Shown here piece after piece: positions 46,478 to 56,051 of a stretch of 64,000 nt of DNA; the first letter of the stretch is position 1; every line of letters begins with the position of its first letter. A program made the position numbers and the translations under genes. The notes beneath the pieces are model-generated. The model was not told the DNA's origin. It searched no databases and was given only the letters and a program-made list of their open reading frames with translations. The DNA comes from Myxococcota bacterium (lineage in GTDB: Bacteria; Myxococcota_A; UBA9042; PHBI01; JAWLBL01), in contig JAWLBL010000020.1 of NCBI GenBank assembly GCA_041687695.1, positions 80,647 through 144,646 of the forward strand. Reading direction: 5' to 3'.

Positions 46478-46763
46478 GAGGGTGTCGTATCGACGCCGGC
46501 GGAGGTGCCTTGGAGTGCTCCGGCTTGCCGGAGCCCCGGCCCCGGCGGCTTGCCGCCGGGATCTGGCCCCCCACCCGGCGCAGCAAGCTGCGCCGGATGG
46601 GGGCTCCACCAAGGTGGAGCGCTCCGGTTGACCTCCGGCTTGCCGTAGCCCCGGCCCCGGCGGCTTGCCGCCGGGTTCTGGCCACCAAGCCGGCGCAGCA
46701 AGCTGCGCCGGGTGGGGGCTCGACCAAGGTGGAGCGCTCCGGTTGACCGTCTGCGACACCCTC
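46478..46763 (+). mobile_element. MITE-like element, copy B, with internal duplication of the hairpin core
   Basis: Same TIRs; core present twice (~46511-46625 and ~46633-46740). Confidence 0.7.
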
Positions 46764-46878
46764 TACCCCCAGGCGGCGAGTCGCGACGGCAGGCTTCGCC
46801 CAGGTGTCGTTCCGCGATGGCAGGCTTCGCGCACGTGGCGTCCCGCTCGCATGGGCACGCGTGCGGGGCTACCGAACC

Positions 46879-47652
46879 TCAGCGTCGGCGCTTGATGCTC
46901 ACCCGCACCAGGCGCGGCCCGCCATCGGTCGCTGCCACCGGGGTGAAGTCCAGCAGGCCCAGGTGCAGCTCGACCAGGCGCCCGCTCTCGAGTCGGATCG
47001 TCGCGCGCTCGTCACCGTCGGTCTCGACGACCTGGCAGGCGCCCAGGGTGGGGTGATGCAGGCGGTCGCCGGCGACGATGTCGGCCGGGCTCAGCGCCAC
47101 GCGTTGCTGGGACGCGGCAGGTGGGGCCGGCGGCTGGGTATTTCGCGTCGCCCGGACGGTAGGGACCGGCTCGGAGGCTTCGTCCGAGATGAGCGGCCCC
47201 GACCCCAGCTCCATGTGAAGCCAGGTCTCCAGCCCGGTGCGGTCGTCGCGCGCCCGGTATAGGCGCATGTCGTCCCGGGTCTCCAGCGTGAACTCACAGG
47301 TCAGGACCTCGGCGGCGACCAGCTCGCCCGAGACGACCGACATCGCGCCGGCCGGCGTCGTCAGCTGGCCCATTACATGCAGCCGGATGTCCGTCTGGTG
47401 CCTGTCCAGCGAGATGTTGCCCTGGCACGAGACCAGGTGCAGCACGCCCTCGTGCTGGGTCGCGGGCCCGTAGGTTCGGCGCTCGGGGTCCCAGTTGCGC
47501 AGGCGTGGGCCACGGAGGTAGCCGACGGCGCTGACGACACCGCAGAAGATGGTCTTGTCGACGCAGATGCTCGTCAGCGAGCCCAGGACATCGCTGCCCG
47601 GGTTCAGCGAGCCTACGAAGGTCCTGCGCTTGCGGGTCTGGCTGATGATCAT
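46879..47652 (-). CDS. PPC/DUF296-domain protein with a C-terminal Tudor-like beta domain
   Basis: LNPGSDVLGSL..GVVSAVG..LVSCQGNIS..HV..SGEL..EF; C-terminal GDRLHHPTLG..V motif. Confidence 0.65.
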   Translation of the reverse strand: MIISQTRKRRTFVGSLNPGSDVLGSLTSICVDKTIFCGVVSAVGYLRGPRLRNWDPERRTYGPATQHEGVLHLVSCQGNISLDRHQTDIRLHVMGQLTTPAGAMSVVSGELVAAEVLTCEFTLETRDDMRLYRARDDRTGLETWLHMELGSGPLISDEASEPVPTVRATRNTQPPAPPAASQQRVALSPADIVAGDRLHHPTLGACQVVETDGDERATIRLESGRLVELHLGLLDFTPVAATDGGPRLVRVSIKRRR

Positions 47653-48018
47653 GGCCGTGGTCCTCGGCGCGCCGGGTGCCGGTGGCGGCCCGGGCCCCAC
47701 ATCCGTCCGCGCGATCGAAGCCTGCGGCAGGGTAGTCGCGCGTCGCGAGCGACGTCAACTCGCCGGGCGTGTCTCGGCCCTACGGTCGCCGACACCGGCC
47801 CACGGCGGGCCGCAGCCCGCGGGTCGTCCCCGGTCGTTGTCTGGTGCGGGGGGCGCCCTGGAGCGGCATCCCTGCGCTCCGCTGGGTGGCTCGGAGCGGC
47901 CATTGTCAGGTGAGGGCGGCGCGGCTCCCGCGTCGTTCGCTACGTCGCGCCGCCCAGAGCGAGGACACCTGCGAGGCGCGGTACTTGCGTGAGACGCAGG
48001 CGCGGGGAGGGAGCCGGG

Positions 48019-48525
48019 CTAGAAGTTGGTGCGGTGGAGCTTCCAGCCGTCCTCTTCGAGCACGAAGCGCAGCTCCGTCACGCCACCATCGCCGCTGGTG
48101 GCGTAGACGACGCCCTCGCGCGCGCCCTCGGCGACCGGCTCGCGCAGGGCGAGGCGGGTCACGTTCGGGCCGAAGAGGAGGTCCTCGTAGCTCACGCGGT
48201 GCAGCGTCCCGCCGGGACCCGGCAGGGTCGACGCGTCGAGCAGCTCGCGGCCGCTGGTGCCGATGACGGCCCCCCGCTCGTCGAGGGCGCGACGGGTCGG
48301 CACGGCGAGGAGTGTCCACACCACCTCGGTGTCGCCCTGGGCCAGCGCCTGGTGCAGGCGTCGCGCAGCCGCGATGGGCGAGGTGGTCGGATCCTCGGGG
48401 GGCCGCTCGCCGAGGAGCTCGTAAACCTCGGGGTCCTCTCCGATGAGGGGGACCACGTCGCGGTTCGTGCAGGCGGCGAGGGCGAGGAGGGCGACGAGGG
48501 CGAAAAAGGGGAGGGCGTTTCGCAT
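48019..48525 (-). CDS. Hypothetical lipoprotein
   Basis: MRNALPFFALVALLALAAC lipobox; NTF2-like-looking end (FVLEEDGWKL). Confidence 0.65.
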   Translation of the reverse strand: MRNALPFFALVALLALAACTNRDVVPLIGEDPEVYELLGERPPEDPTTSPIAAARRLHQALAQGDTEVVWTLLAVPTRRALDERGAVIGTSGRELLDASTLPGPGGTLHRVSYEDLLFGPNVTRLALREPVAEGAREGVVYATSGDGGVTELRFVLEEDGWKLHRTNF

Positions 48526-48629
48526 GGCGCCGGATGGTGCGGCAGGGCGGACCCGCAGGTCAACACGCGGGTCCGCCGCGGCCCGTGTTGCGTCGCACCG
48601 GCGGAGGAGGTTCGCGCCCGTCGCGCCCG

Positions 48630-50456
48630 TCAGGGGGTGGTCTTGACGGCGTCCCAGATCCCGGAGAACGGCGGGCCCTGCTGGCCGTCCTGCTCCATGT
48701 GGCCCAGGTAGACGCCCTCGATGATCTCGTCGACGCGCAGGTCGTTGTCGTTGTCGACCATCACGGCCTTGCCGGACAGGCGCAGCTGGCTGTCGAGGGC
48801 CAGGCCGCCGATGAGGACCTCGACGGGCTTGACCAGCAGGGTGATGGCGTCGACGCAGAAGCCCTCGACGGCATTGGAGTTGAGGCCCAGCGCCTTCAGG
48901 ATGTCGCCGGTGATGCCGCCGCCGAGGCCCTTGCAGTTGATCAGCTTGATGACGGCGTCGGTCAGGTTGTTCTCGCCGGTGATGGCCGGGAGGATCATCT
49001 CGTTGAGGACGAAGATGATGAGCTTGCCGTAGTTGATCTTGATGATGTGGTTGTCGATCTCGAGCTGGTCGAAGTCGTGGATGAACCCGGTGAACTTGCC
49101 CTGGATGATGTCCATCGGGAACTGGGTGTTGCTGAAGGCGTCGAGGCTGAAGACGTTCTTGCCGCACTCGGGATCGTAGCCGGGCTGCCCTTCCTTGGCG
49201 CAGCCGAGCTTCCAGTACAGGACGATGCCCTTCCAGTTGAGGACGCCCTGCACGTAGAAGTCGTTGGACAGCTTCGAGATGACGAGATCGGCTTGCATCT
49301 CCAGGTTGTTGACGACCTGGGTGAGATCCTGGCCGATGGTGAAGATGTCCTGGACCCAATCCGGCGAGTCGTTGAGGAGCCAGCCGGTGATCCAGTCCGA
49401 CACCGCGTCCTCGAAGAGGCCGAAGGCGATGTTCGTGATGAGCTCGCCGACCCACTGCGCCGCCAGCTTCTTCACCTGGTTGATGATGAACTGACCCGGG
49501 TCGTTGAAGAGCAGGACGATCTCGTCGATCAGCTCGCCCAGCTCGCCCGGGATGGCGCCCGTGAAGTCGAAGATGTTGACGGTGTCGTACAGGCCTGCCG
49601 GGTTCAGCGTCAGCAGGTGCATCGTCAAGGTGACGGCGTTCTCGGCGCCCGGGACGACCAGGACCCCGTCGACGCAGCCGGCGGCGGCGAGCGATCCCTT
49701 GGGCGAGACGGCCGTCGCGATGGCCGTGAACTTCTTGGCCTCGGGCAGGTTCTTGAAGACCACCGAGCTCTCGGTGCCCAGCCCCAGCAGGGTCTTCTCA
49801 CCGATGATGTCCAGCGGAATGCTCGTCGCCTTGAACTGGCTGCACGTGTAGACGCCCTGGAGCAGGCGCACGTGGACGTTCTTGACGGCGATCGAGCCCT
49901 CGTAGGCGACCTTGACGCGGATGTCGCCCTTGGGCGCGTCGGTCACGTAGAACTTGATGCGGACCGGCTCGGCGTTGTTGGCGGTCAGCTCGACCGTGTA
50001 GGCGGCGTCGACCAGGTAGTTGGCGCGGAAGGTGACCGCGACCTCGCCGTTGTCGTCCGTGTAGGCCTGGCTGGTGGTCAGGCTGGCGTCGCCGTCCGTC
50101 GGCGACTCGACGATGGTGTAGTTGACGAGCGCGCTGGGCGCCGGCCCGGGGATGGTGTAGTCGAGGACCTTGGCGCGGATGAGGAAGTTCTCGGTGATGA
50201 CCAGCTGATGCGGCGCCGTGACGTCGTGCAGCAGGATGATCTCACGCTTGGTCTCGACCGGGCCCGGATCGATGGGCTTGCCGCTGTCGTCGATCGCGTC
50301 CGTGCCTGGGGGCACGTCGGTGACCGGTGCGTCCGTCCAGGCGTCCGGGGGCGGCCCGCCGCCGACCGCCACGACCTTGTCGTCGCCGCAAGCGACGAGC
50401 CCCGAGGCGAAAAGGAACGCCGCAATCCAGACCCATCGCGCTGGTGCCGTCCGCAT
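48630..50456 (-). CDS. Hypothetical lipoprotein with an Ig-like (Big_1-like) N-terminal domain
   Basis: Lipobox LVAC; AYTDDNGEVAVTF Ig-like motif; strong GC3 codon bias. Confidence 0.7.
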   Translation of the reverse strand: MRTAPARWVWIAAFLFASGLVACGDDKVVAVGGGPPPDAWTDAPVTDVPPGTDAIDDSGKPIDPGPVETKREIILLHDVTAPHQLVITENFLIRAKVLDYTIPGPAPSALVNYTIVESPTDGDASLTTSQAYTDDNGEVAVTFRANYLVDAAYTVELTANNAEPVRIKFYVTDAPKGDIRVKVAYEGSIAVKNVHVRLLQGVYTCSQFKATSIPLDIIGEKTLLGLGTESSVVFKNLPEAKKFTAIATAVSPKGSLAAAGCVDGVLVVPGAENAVTLTMHLLTLNPAGLYDTVNIFDFTGAIPGELGELIDEIVLLFNDPGQFIINQVKKLAAQWVGELITNIAFGLFEDAVSDWITGWLLNDSPDWVQDIFTIGQDLTQVVNNLEMQADLVISKLSNDFYVQGVLNWKGIVLYWKLGCAKEGQPGYDPECGKNVFSLDAFSNTQFPMDIIQGKFTGFIHDFDQLEIDNHIIKINYGKLIIFVLNEMILPAITGENNLTDAVIKLINCKGLGGGITGDILKALGLNSNAVEGFCVDAITLLVKPVEVLIGGLALDSQLRLSGKAVMVDNDNDLRVDEIIEGVYLGHMEQDGQQGPPFSGIWDAVKTTP

Positions 50457-50739
50457 GACCGTCGTCCCTTTCTCTGAGGTCCTAGAACGGCGAGGAGTAT
50501 AGCGGGCGCGGCCGCCGCATACAATCGGATGGTGGGTCCCGGCGAGTCGTGGGCGCTCGCCGCGGCTCGGGCGCTGCAGGATGGGGCGCGCGGGGCGGCA
50601 CCGTTCGCGGCCTCGCACACCACGTCGGGTGGTGGGCTGGACGCGCGCTCGAGTTCGGGCCATGCTCGCGCCGCGTCGAGGCCACCGTCATGCGAGCCAT
50701 CGTGCCGCGAATCGGCCTCCGAAAGGCGGGGTGGTCCAG

Positions 50740-50767
50740 TTGACCGGCTGTGGTCGACTGCTATAAT
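50740..50767 (+). promoter_or_regulatory. Near-consensus sigma70 promoter
   Basis: TTGACC-16 bp-TATAAT with extended TG; AAGGAG/GGGAG RBS downstream. Confidence 0.65.
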
Positions 50768-50836
50768 CCGCCCGCGAATCCTACAGATTCCAACCACTTA
50801 TGCGGAGTGATCCGCGCGTCGCCTAAGGAGAGGGAG

Positions 50837-51331
50837 ATGAGCAGCGGGTTCGACTTTCTGGTGAACAACCTTGAGCGGCGTTACGACTTCCAGTCCGCTC
50901 GGACCATGACCCGCCAGGCGCTCAGCGCGGCCGGACTGAAGGAGCAGCCGAACTACTCCAAGGAGGAGCTGCAGCGATTCGTCGATCAGCTCTCGCAGAT
51001 CGGCACGCACCTCGATCGCGTCTGGGGCTCCCTCGGGGCCGCCCCGTCGGGCCAGCCGCTGCCGGTCGCCGACAAGCCCGCCGCGGCGCCCGAGGCGCCC
51101 GCCAAGGCCGAAGCGCCCGCCAAGCAGGACGAGCCTGCCAAGGAGGCGGCGCCCGAGCCGAAGGCCGAGGCCAAGCCCGAGCCCGAGCCGGCGCCCGACA
51201 AGGCCGAGGCCAAGCCGGCCAAGCAGGAGCCCGAGCCCAAGGCCGAGGCCGCCGACGCCAAGGCCGAGGGTGACGCCGACGCCGACGACAAGGGCGGTAG
51301 CGACAAGGGCGACAAGAAGAAGAAGAAGTAG
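50837..51331 (+). CDS. Hypothetical protein: small helical domain plus Pro/Ala/Lys/Glu-rich tail
   Basis: Good RBS and promoter; PAKAE/EPKAE repeats; ends KKKKK. Confidence 0.75.
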   Translation: MSSGFDFLVNNLERRYDFQSARTMTRQALSAAGLKEQPNYSKEELQRFVDQLSQIGTHLDRVWGSLGAAPSGQPLPVADKPAAAPEAPAKAEAPAKQDEPAKEAAPEPKAEAKPEPEPAPDKAEAKPAKQEPEPKAEAADAKAEGDADADDKGGSDKGDKKKKK

Positions 51332-51484
51332 CTCGGGGCGAGGCTTCCAGGAGCTCGTGGGATTCGAAGCGGCAGCGCGCCCGTGCGCTGCCGCCGCTTC
51401 ACCCGCGGCCGGATCCAGCTCGAGGCCGACAGGCGGGGCCGCCGTTGGGGGCCCGCGCGGGACGAAGCCGCCTTGCGTCGGCCG

Positions 51485-52111
51485 TCAGCGCGCTCGCGCC
51501 AGCTGGCAGAGGAACTCGGTCACCTCGACGTGCCGGTTGGCGTCGAAGAGCGTGGCGCCCCACGCCGTGATCCCGTGGCCAGCGATGAGCAGCGCCGGGA
51601 CCTCGGCCGGTCCGGCCGCGTAGAAGGCCTCGATCTCGCTGGCGATCGTGGGCACGTGGGCGTGGTTGGCGAAGACGGGCAGGCGAGCCTCGGCCCCCTC
51701 GGCCCACAGCCCCCAGCCCTTGATCATCTCGACGTCGCGGAAGGTCAGCGCCCCGGGCAGCGGCCCGTCGGGGCGGGCCAGGGTCGAAGAGACCGTGTGG
51801 ACGTGCAGCACCACGTGAACGTCGGGGTGCGTCCGATAGACCGCCAGATGGATCGACGCCTCGGCGCTGGCGCGCTCGCCCGGCGCCGCCTCGACGATCG
51901 CACCCTGCGCATCGATCTCGACGAAGTCGTCGACGGTCAGGGCGCCCTTGTCCTTTCCCGAGGCCGTCACGACGACCCGAAAGTCGCCGTCGGGCCCGGG
52001 CAGGCGCGCGCTGAGGTTGCCGCTGGTGCCCAGGAGCCACCCGGCCCCGTGGTAGCGGTGGGCGAGCGAGACCAGGCCGCGGCGAGCGGCGAGCGAGGCG
52101 TCGGACGGCAC
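51485..52111 (-). CDS. mtnB: Methylthioribulose-1-phosphate dehydratase
   Basis: GTSGNLS, TASGKDKG, SAEASIH, LHVHT, HGITAWG; adjacent to mtnD. Confidence 0.9.
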   Translation of the reverse strand: MPSDASLAARRGLVSLAHRYHGAGWLLGTSGNLSARLPGPDGDFRVVVTASGKDKGALTVDDFVEIDAQGAIVEAAPGERASAEASIHLAVYRTHPDVHVVLHVHTVSSTLARPDGPLPGALTFRDVEMIKGWGLWAEGAEARLPVFANHAHVPTIASEIEAFYAAGPAEVPALLIAGHGITAWGATLFDANRHVEVTEFLCQLARAR

Positions 52112-52137
52112 CGGCGGACCTCCCAGGGCGGCGCGGC

Positions 52138-52689
52138 TCACGCCTGGGCCGGCTTGAGGCCGCCGCGCTCGACGGGGCGGTAGTGCGGGATCCAACCGGT
52201 CGTGTCGCGGAACAGGCGCAGCGCCGTGATGTCCCGCTCGTCGGTGCAGTAGAACCAGTGCCAGGTCCCGGCGGGCACGCTGATGAACTCGCCCGGCTCG
52301 ACCATCAGCAGGAACTGTCGGCCGTCGTCGGCGATGAAGCCGAAGACGCCGCGGCCGCCGACGATGGCGCGCACCTCGTCGTCGTCGTGGTAGTGAACCT
52401 TGTCGAACTTGGCGAGCGCCTCTTCGACGTTCGGCAGATCGGCGCGGATGGCCACGACGTCGGCGTCGACGTAGCCCAGCTCGGAGGCGAGGCGGTCGAG
52501 GTGGCCGCGGAACAGCTCGAGCAGGCGCGTCTTCTCGTCGTCGGATAGGCGCGGCTTGGAGGCGAGGCGCTGGACCTCGTCGGGCATCTCCCAGCGCTCG
52601 AAGGTGATGCCGTGGTTCGACAGGAAGGCCGCGATCTCTCGCGGTTCCGTGGTCTCGGTGGAGGTCCAGAGCGGCGTCAGGCGGGCCAT
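52138..52689 (-). CDS. mtnD: Acireductone dioxygenase
   Basis: GITFERW, HYHDDDEVR, ISVPAGTWHWF, ALRLF...GW. Confidence 0.9.
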   Translation of the reverse strand: MARLTPLWTSTETTEPREIAAFLSNHGITFERWEMPDEVQRLASKPRLSDDEKTRLLELFRGHLDRLASELGYVDADVVAIRADLPNVEEALAKFDKVHYHDDDEVRAIVGGRGVFGFIADDGRQFLLMVEPGEFISVPAGTWHWFYCTDERDITALRLFRDTTGWIPHYRPVERGGLKPAQA

Positions 52690-52744
52690 CGTGGGTCTCC
52701 TTGGGGAGCGGGCGCTCCCCGCGCGCGGGCGGGGGCGTCGGAGG

Positions 52745-53734
52745 TCAGAGCGCTTCTGCGATCTGCACCGCGTTGAGCGCGGCGCCCTTGAGCAGCTGGT
52801 CGCCGCTGACGAACAGGTTCAGGGCGGTGGCCAGCGAGGGGTCCTGGCGCACCCGGCCGACGAGGACGTCGTCGGCGCCCGAGGCTTCGGACGGCATCGG
52901 GAAGTGATTGGCGACCGGATCGTCGACCAGGCGCACGCCAGCCGCCTCGGCCAGGGCCTGGCGCGCGGCCTCGACGGTGACGGGGCGCTCGAACTCGACG
53001 TTGATGGACATCGAGTGGGCGCGCAGCACGGGCACCCGCACGCAGGTCACGCTGATGGGCAGCTCGGGGCGGCCCAGGATCTTGCGCGTCTCGGCGACGA
53101 CCTTGTTCTCCTCGCCGTTGTAGCCGTTCGCCTCGATCGGGCTGTCGTGGCTGAACAGGTTGAAGGCGAACGGGTGCTTGAGGACCTTGGGGACGACCGG
53201 CTCGCCGGCAAGCGCGGCGCGCGTCTGGTCCTGCAGATCCTGCATGGCGCGGGCGCCGGCGCCGCTGGCGGACTGGTAGGTCGAGACCACCAGCCGGCGG
53301 ATGGGGGCGAGGTGTCGGAGCGGGGCCACGGCGACGGTCAGGATGGCGGCCACGCAGTTGGGGTTGGCGATGAGGCCGTCGTGCCGGGCGAGATCGGCCG
53401 GGTTGACCTCGGGCACCACGAGCGGGACCTGCGGGTCCATGCGGTAGGCCGACGAGTTGTCGACCACCACGGCGCCAGCGGCGCGGGCGTGCGGGGCCAG
53501 CTCGCGGCTACGGGTCGCGCCCGCCGAGAAGAAGGCCACGTCCACGCCACCGAAGGCGGTCGGCTCGGCCAGCTGGACCTCGACCGGCTCGCCGCGGAAG
53601 GTGACGGTGGTGCCGACCGACCGCTCGGAGGCGAGCGGGAGCAGGCGGCCGACCGGAAAGCGGCGCTGCTCGAGGACGCGGAGGAGCTCGGTGCCGACGG
53701 CGCCGGTGGCGCCGACGATCGCGACGTTCTTCAT
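52745..53734 (-). CDS. asd: Aspartate-semialdehyde dehydrogenase
   Basis: VGATGAVG, DNSSAYRM, IANPNC, TYQSASGAG, CVRVPV, LKGAALNAVQIAE. Confidence 0.95.
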   Translation of the reverse strand: MKNVAIVGATGAVGTELLRVLEQRRFPVGRLLPLASERSVGTTVTFRGEPVEVQLAEPTAFGGVDVAFFSAGATRSRELAPHARAAGAVVVDNSSAYRMDPQVPLVVPEVNPADLARHDGLIANPNCVAAILTVAVAPLRHLAPIRRLVVSTYQSASGAGARAMQDLQDQTRAALAGEPVVPKVLKHPFAFNLFSHDSPIEANGYNGEENKVVAETRKILGRPELPISVTCVRVPVLRAHSMSINVEFERPVTVEAARQALAEAAGVRLVDDPVANHFPMPSEASGADDVLVGRVRQDPSLATALNLFVSGDQLLKGAALNAVQIAEAL

Positions 53735-53949
53735 CGAAGGTGACCTCGGGTGGGGGCGGTCCGGTCCGCCGAGCGCCAACGCGCGGGGGCGGGGCCGACG
53801 CCGAGACCACGAGAACATTGCCGACGACCGAGGACGCGTCAAGGACGCGCTTGCAGGCCGCGGGGTGGCGCGTGCCCCGCGCGGTAACGATCTGTCGACC
53901 CGGGGCGGACCGGCGTGATAGGTGACGGGCGCGCAGCCGAGGAGACGCC

Positions 53950-55119
53950 GTGAACGGGATCGCCACCATCGCAGAGGCCATCGCAGACATCGCCGCCGGG
54001 AAGATGGTCATCCTGGTCGACGACGAGGACCGCGAGAACGAGGGCGACCTGGTCGTCGCCGCCGACAAGTGCACGCCCGAGCACATCAACTTCATGGCGC
54101 GCGAGGGCCGCGGCCTCATCTGCGTCGCCCTGTCCGCCGAGCGGGCCGAAGCGTTGCAGCTCGAGCCCATGGCGCGCCACAACACCGCCCCGCTCGGCAC
54201 GGCCTTCACCCGCAGCGTCGACCACCGCGAGCGCGGCGGCATGGGCGCGCGCGCCCGCGCCGAGACCATCCGGGCGCTCATCGACCCGGCGGCCCGCCCC
54301 GAGGACTTCGTCACGCCCGGGCACGTCTTCCCGCTGCGCGCCCGCCGCGGCGGCGTCCTGGTCCGCTCGGGCCAGACCGAGGGCTCGGTCGACCTCGCGC
54401 GCCTCGCGGGCCTCGAGCCGGCCGGCGTCATCTGCGAGGTCATGAGCGCCGACGGGTCCATGTCGCGCCTGCCCCGCCTGCTCGAGTTCGGCGCCCGGCA
54501 CGACATCAAGGTCGTCACCGTCGCCGACCTCATCCGCTATCGCCTCGAGCACGAAAAGCTCGTGCACTGCGCGTCGACCGCCCTGATGCCGACCGAGTAC
54601 GGCGAGTTCCGCATCCGCTGCTTCGAGAACACCGTCAGCGGCCAGGTCCACATCACGATGAGCATCGGCGAGCCCTTCGGCGACGACCCGGTCCTCGTGC
54701 GCGTCCACCGGGCCGACACGGTCGCCGACGTCTTCGGCCTCGACTTCGCGCCCAGCCGCTCGCGCCTCGCCTGGAGCCTGCGCCTGCTCGCGGCCGAGGG
54801 CTCCGGCGTCCTGCTGTACGTCCGCCCCGAGGGCAACGACGAGCCCCTCGACGACCGCGTCCGCGTCTACGGCGCCATGGCGCGCGGCGAGCGGGTCGGC
54901 CCCGGGGCCGGCAGCATGGGCTTCCACGACTTCGGCATCGGCGCCCAGATCCTGCACGAGCTCGGCCTGCACCGGATCCGCGTCGTGACCAGCAAGCCCA
55001 TGCAGTTCAAGGGCCTGAGCGGCTTCGGCCTCGAGATCGTCGACTGGGTCACCATCGAGGGCGAGCCCGACGGCCAGGGCCACGAGGCGCCGACCGCGAC
55101 GGGGGAGGGCGGGGCGTGA
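53950..55119 (+). CDS. ribB: 3,4-dihydroxy-2-butanone-4-phosphate synthase fused to a degenerate GTP cyclohydrolase II domain (RibBX-type)
   Basis: DDEDRENEGD, PGHVFPL, QTEGSVDLARLAG; C-terminal VLVRVH lacks the zinc-binding cysteines. Confidence 0.88.
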   Translation: MNGIATIAEAIADIAAGKMVILVDDEDRENEGDLVVAADKCTPEHINFMAREGRGLICVALSAERAEALQLEPMARHNTAPLGTAFTRSVDHRERGGMGARARAETIRALIDPAARPEDFVTPGHVFPLRARRGGVLVRSGQTEGSVDLARLAGLEPAGVICEVMSADGSMSRLPRLLEFGARHDIKVVTVADLIRYRLEHEKLVHCASTALMPTEYGEFRIRCFENTVSGQVHITMSIGEPFGDDPVLVRVHRADTVADVFGLDFAPSRSRLAWSLRLLAAEGSGVLLYVRPEGNDEPLDDRVRVYGAMARGERVGPGAGSMGFHDFGIGAQILHELGLHRIRVVTSKPMQFKGLSGFGLEIVDWVTIEGEPDGQGHEAPTATGEGGA

Positions 55120-55979
55120 GCGACCCCGTCCCGGCGCTGCCCGCGGCGACCGTCGTCCTGGTGCGCGGCGACGGGACGACCGACCATCCCTTCGAAGTGT
55201 TCTTCGTGCGGCGCCACGGCAAGGCCGCCTTCATGGCCAACGCCTACGTCTTCCCGGGCGGCCGCGTCGACCCCGCCGACTCCGACCCCGTCGCCCTCGA
55301 GCGCCTGGGCCCGGTCGATCTGCCCGCGCTCGCCCGCCGCATGGACGGCCTGGACGCCCCCGAGCACGCCGGCGCGCACCTGGTCGCCGCCGCCCGCGAG
55401 ACCTTCGAGGAGGCCGGCATCCTGCTCGCGCGCCACGCCGACGGCCGCCCGCTCGATCTGCCCGAGGCGCGCCTGGCCGACTGGCGCGCGCGCGTCCACG
55501 CCGGCGAGGCCCCCATCGGCCAGCTGCTGCGCGACGAGGACCTGGTCCTGACCGCCGACGCGCTGGCCTACCTGGCCCACTGGGTCACGCCCCACGTCGA
55601 GAAGCGCCGCTTCGACGCCCGCTTCTTCATCGCCCGAGCCCCCCACGGCCAGCGCGGCGCCCACGACACCGTCGAGACGACCGACTCCTGCTGGCTCTCG
55701 CCGCAGGCGGCCCTCGCGGCCTACGCCCAGGGCGGCTTCACGCTCGCGCCGCCGACCTGGCGCGTCCTCGTCGACCTGTGTCGGGTCACCGACGCGACGG
55801 CCCTGGACGCCATCGCCCACGACACGGCGCCGGTCCAGCGCATCATGCCGCACTTCACCCGCGACGGCGGCACCCTCGTCCTGGCCCTGCCAGGCGACCC
55901 CCTGCACCCCGACGCCCGGGACCCGGCCGCGCCCCCCCACCGCATCGTCCTGCTCGACGGCCGCTGGGCCCACGGCTGA
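55116..55979 (+). CDS. NUDIX hydrolase (NUDT19-like)
   Basis: AATVVL, YVFPGGRVD, AARETFEEAG, HWVTP..RRFDARFF; GTG overlaps ribB stop. Confidence 0.88.
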   Translation: MSDPVPALPAATVVLVRGDGTTDHPFEVFFVRRHGKAAFMANAYVFPGGRVDPADSDPVALERLGPVDLPALARRMDGLDAPEHAGAHLVAAARETFEEAGILLARHADGRPLDLPEARLADWRARVHAGEAPIGQLLRDEDLVLTADALAYLAHWVTPHVEKRRFDARFFIARAPHGQRGAHDTVETTDSCWLSPQAALAAYAQGGFTLAPPTWRVLVDLCRVTDATALDAIAHDTAPVQRIMPHFTRDGGTLVLALPGDPLHPDARDPAAPPHRIVLLDGRWAHG

Positions 55980-56051
55980 GCCCGCGACCCGCGCCCCCGC
56001 GCGCGAGACGTCCCTCACCCAGCGCGGGATACAGCGCCTGCAGACCGGCCG

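Noticed and set aside
46240..46800. Possible CRISPR array (also 60230-60640 and 63745-64000)
   Set aside because: Units are 150-210 bp with conserved interiors, no unique spacers and no cas genes; the TIR and hairpin structure fits MITE/REP
45897..46895. ORFs across the repeat regions (also 60111-60950)
   Set aside because: They translate the palindromic repeats; no RBS, codon bias or protein-like composition
54560..55119. Functional GTP cyclohydrolase II (ribA) domain
   Set aside because: Zinc-binding cysteines and catalytic motifs are absent; this matches the known RibBX-type fusion and is not novel
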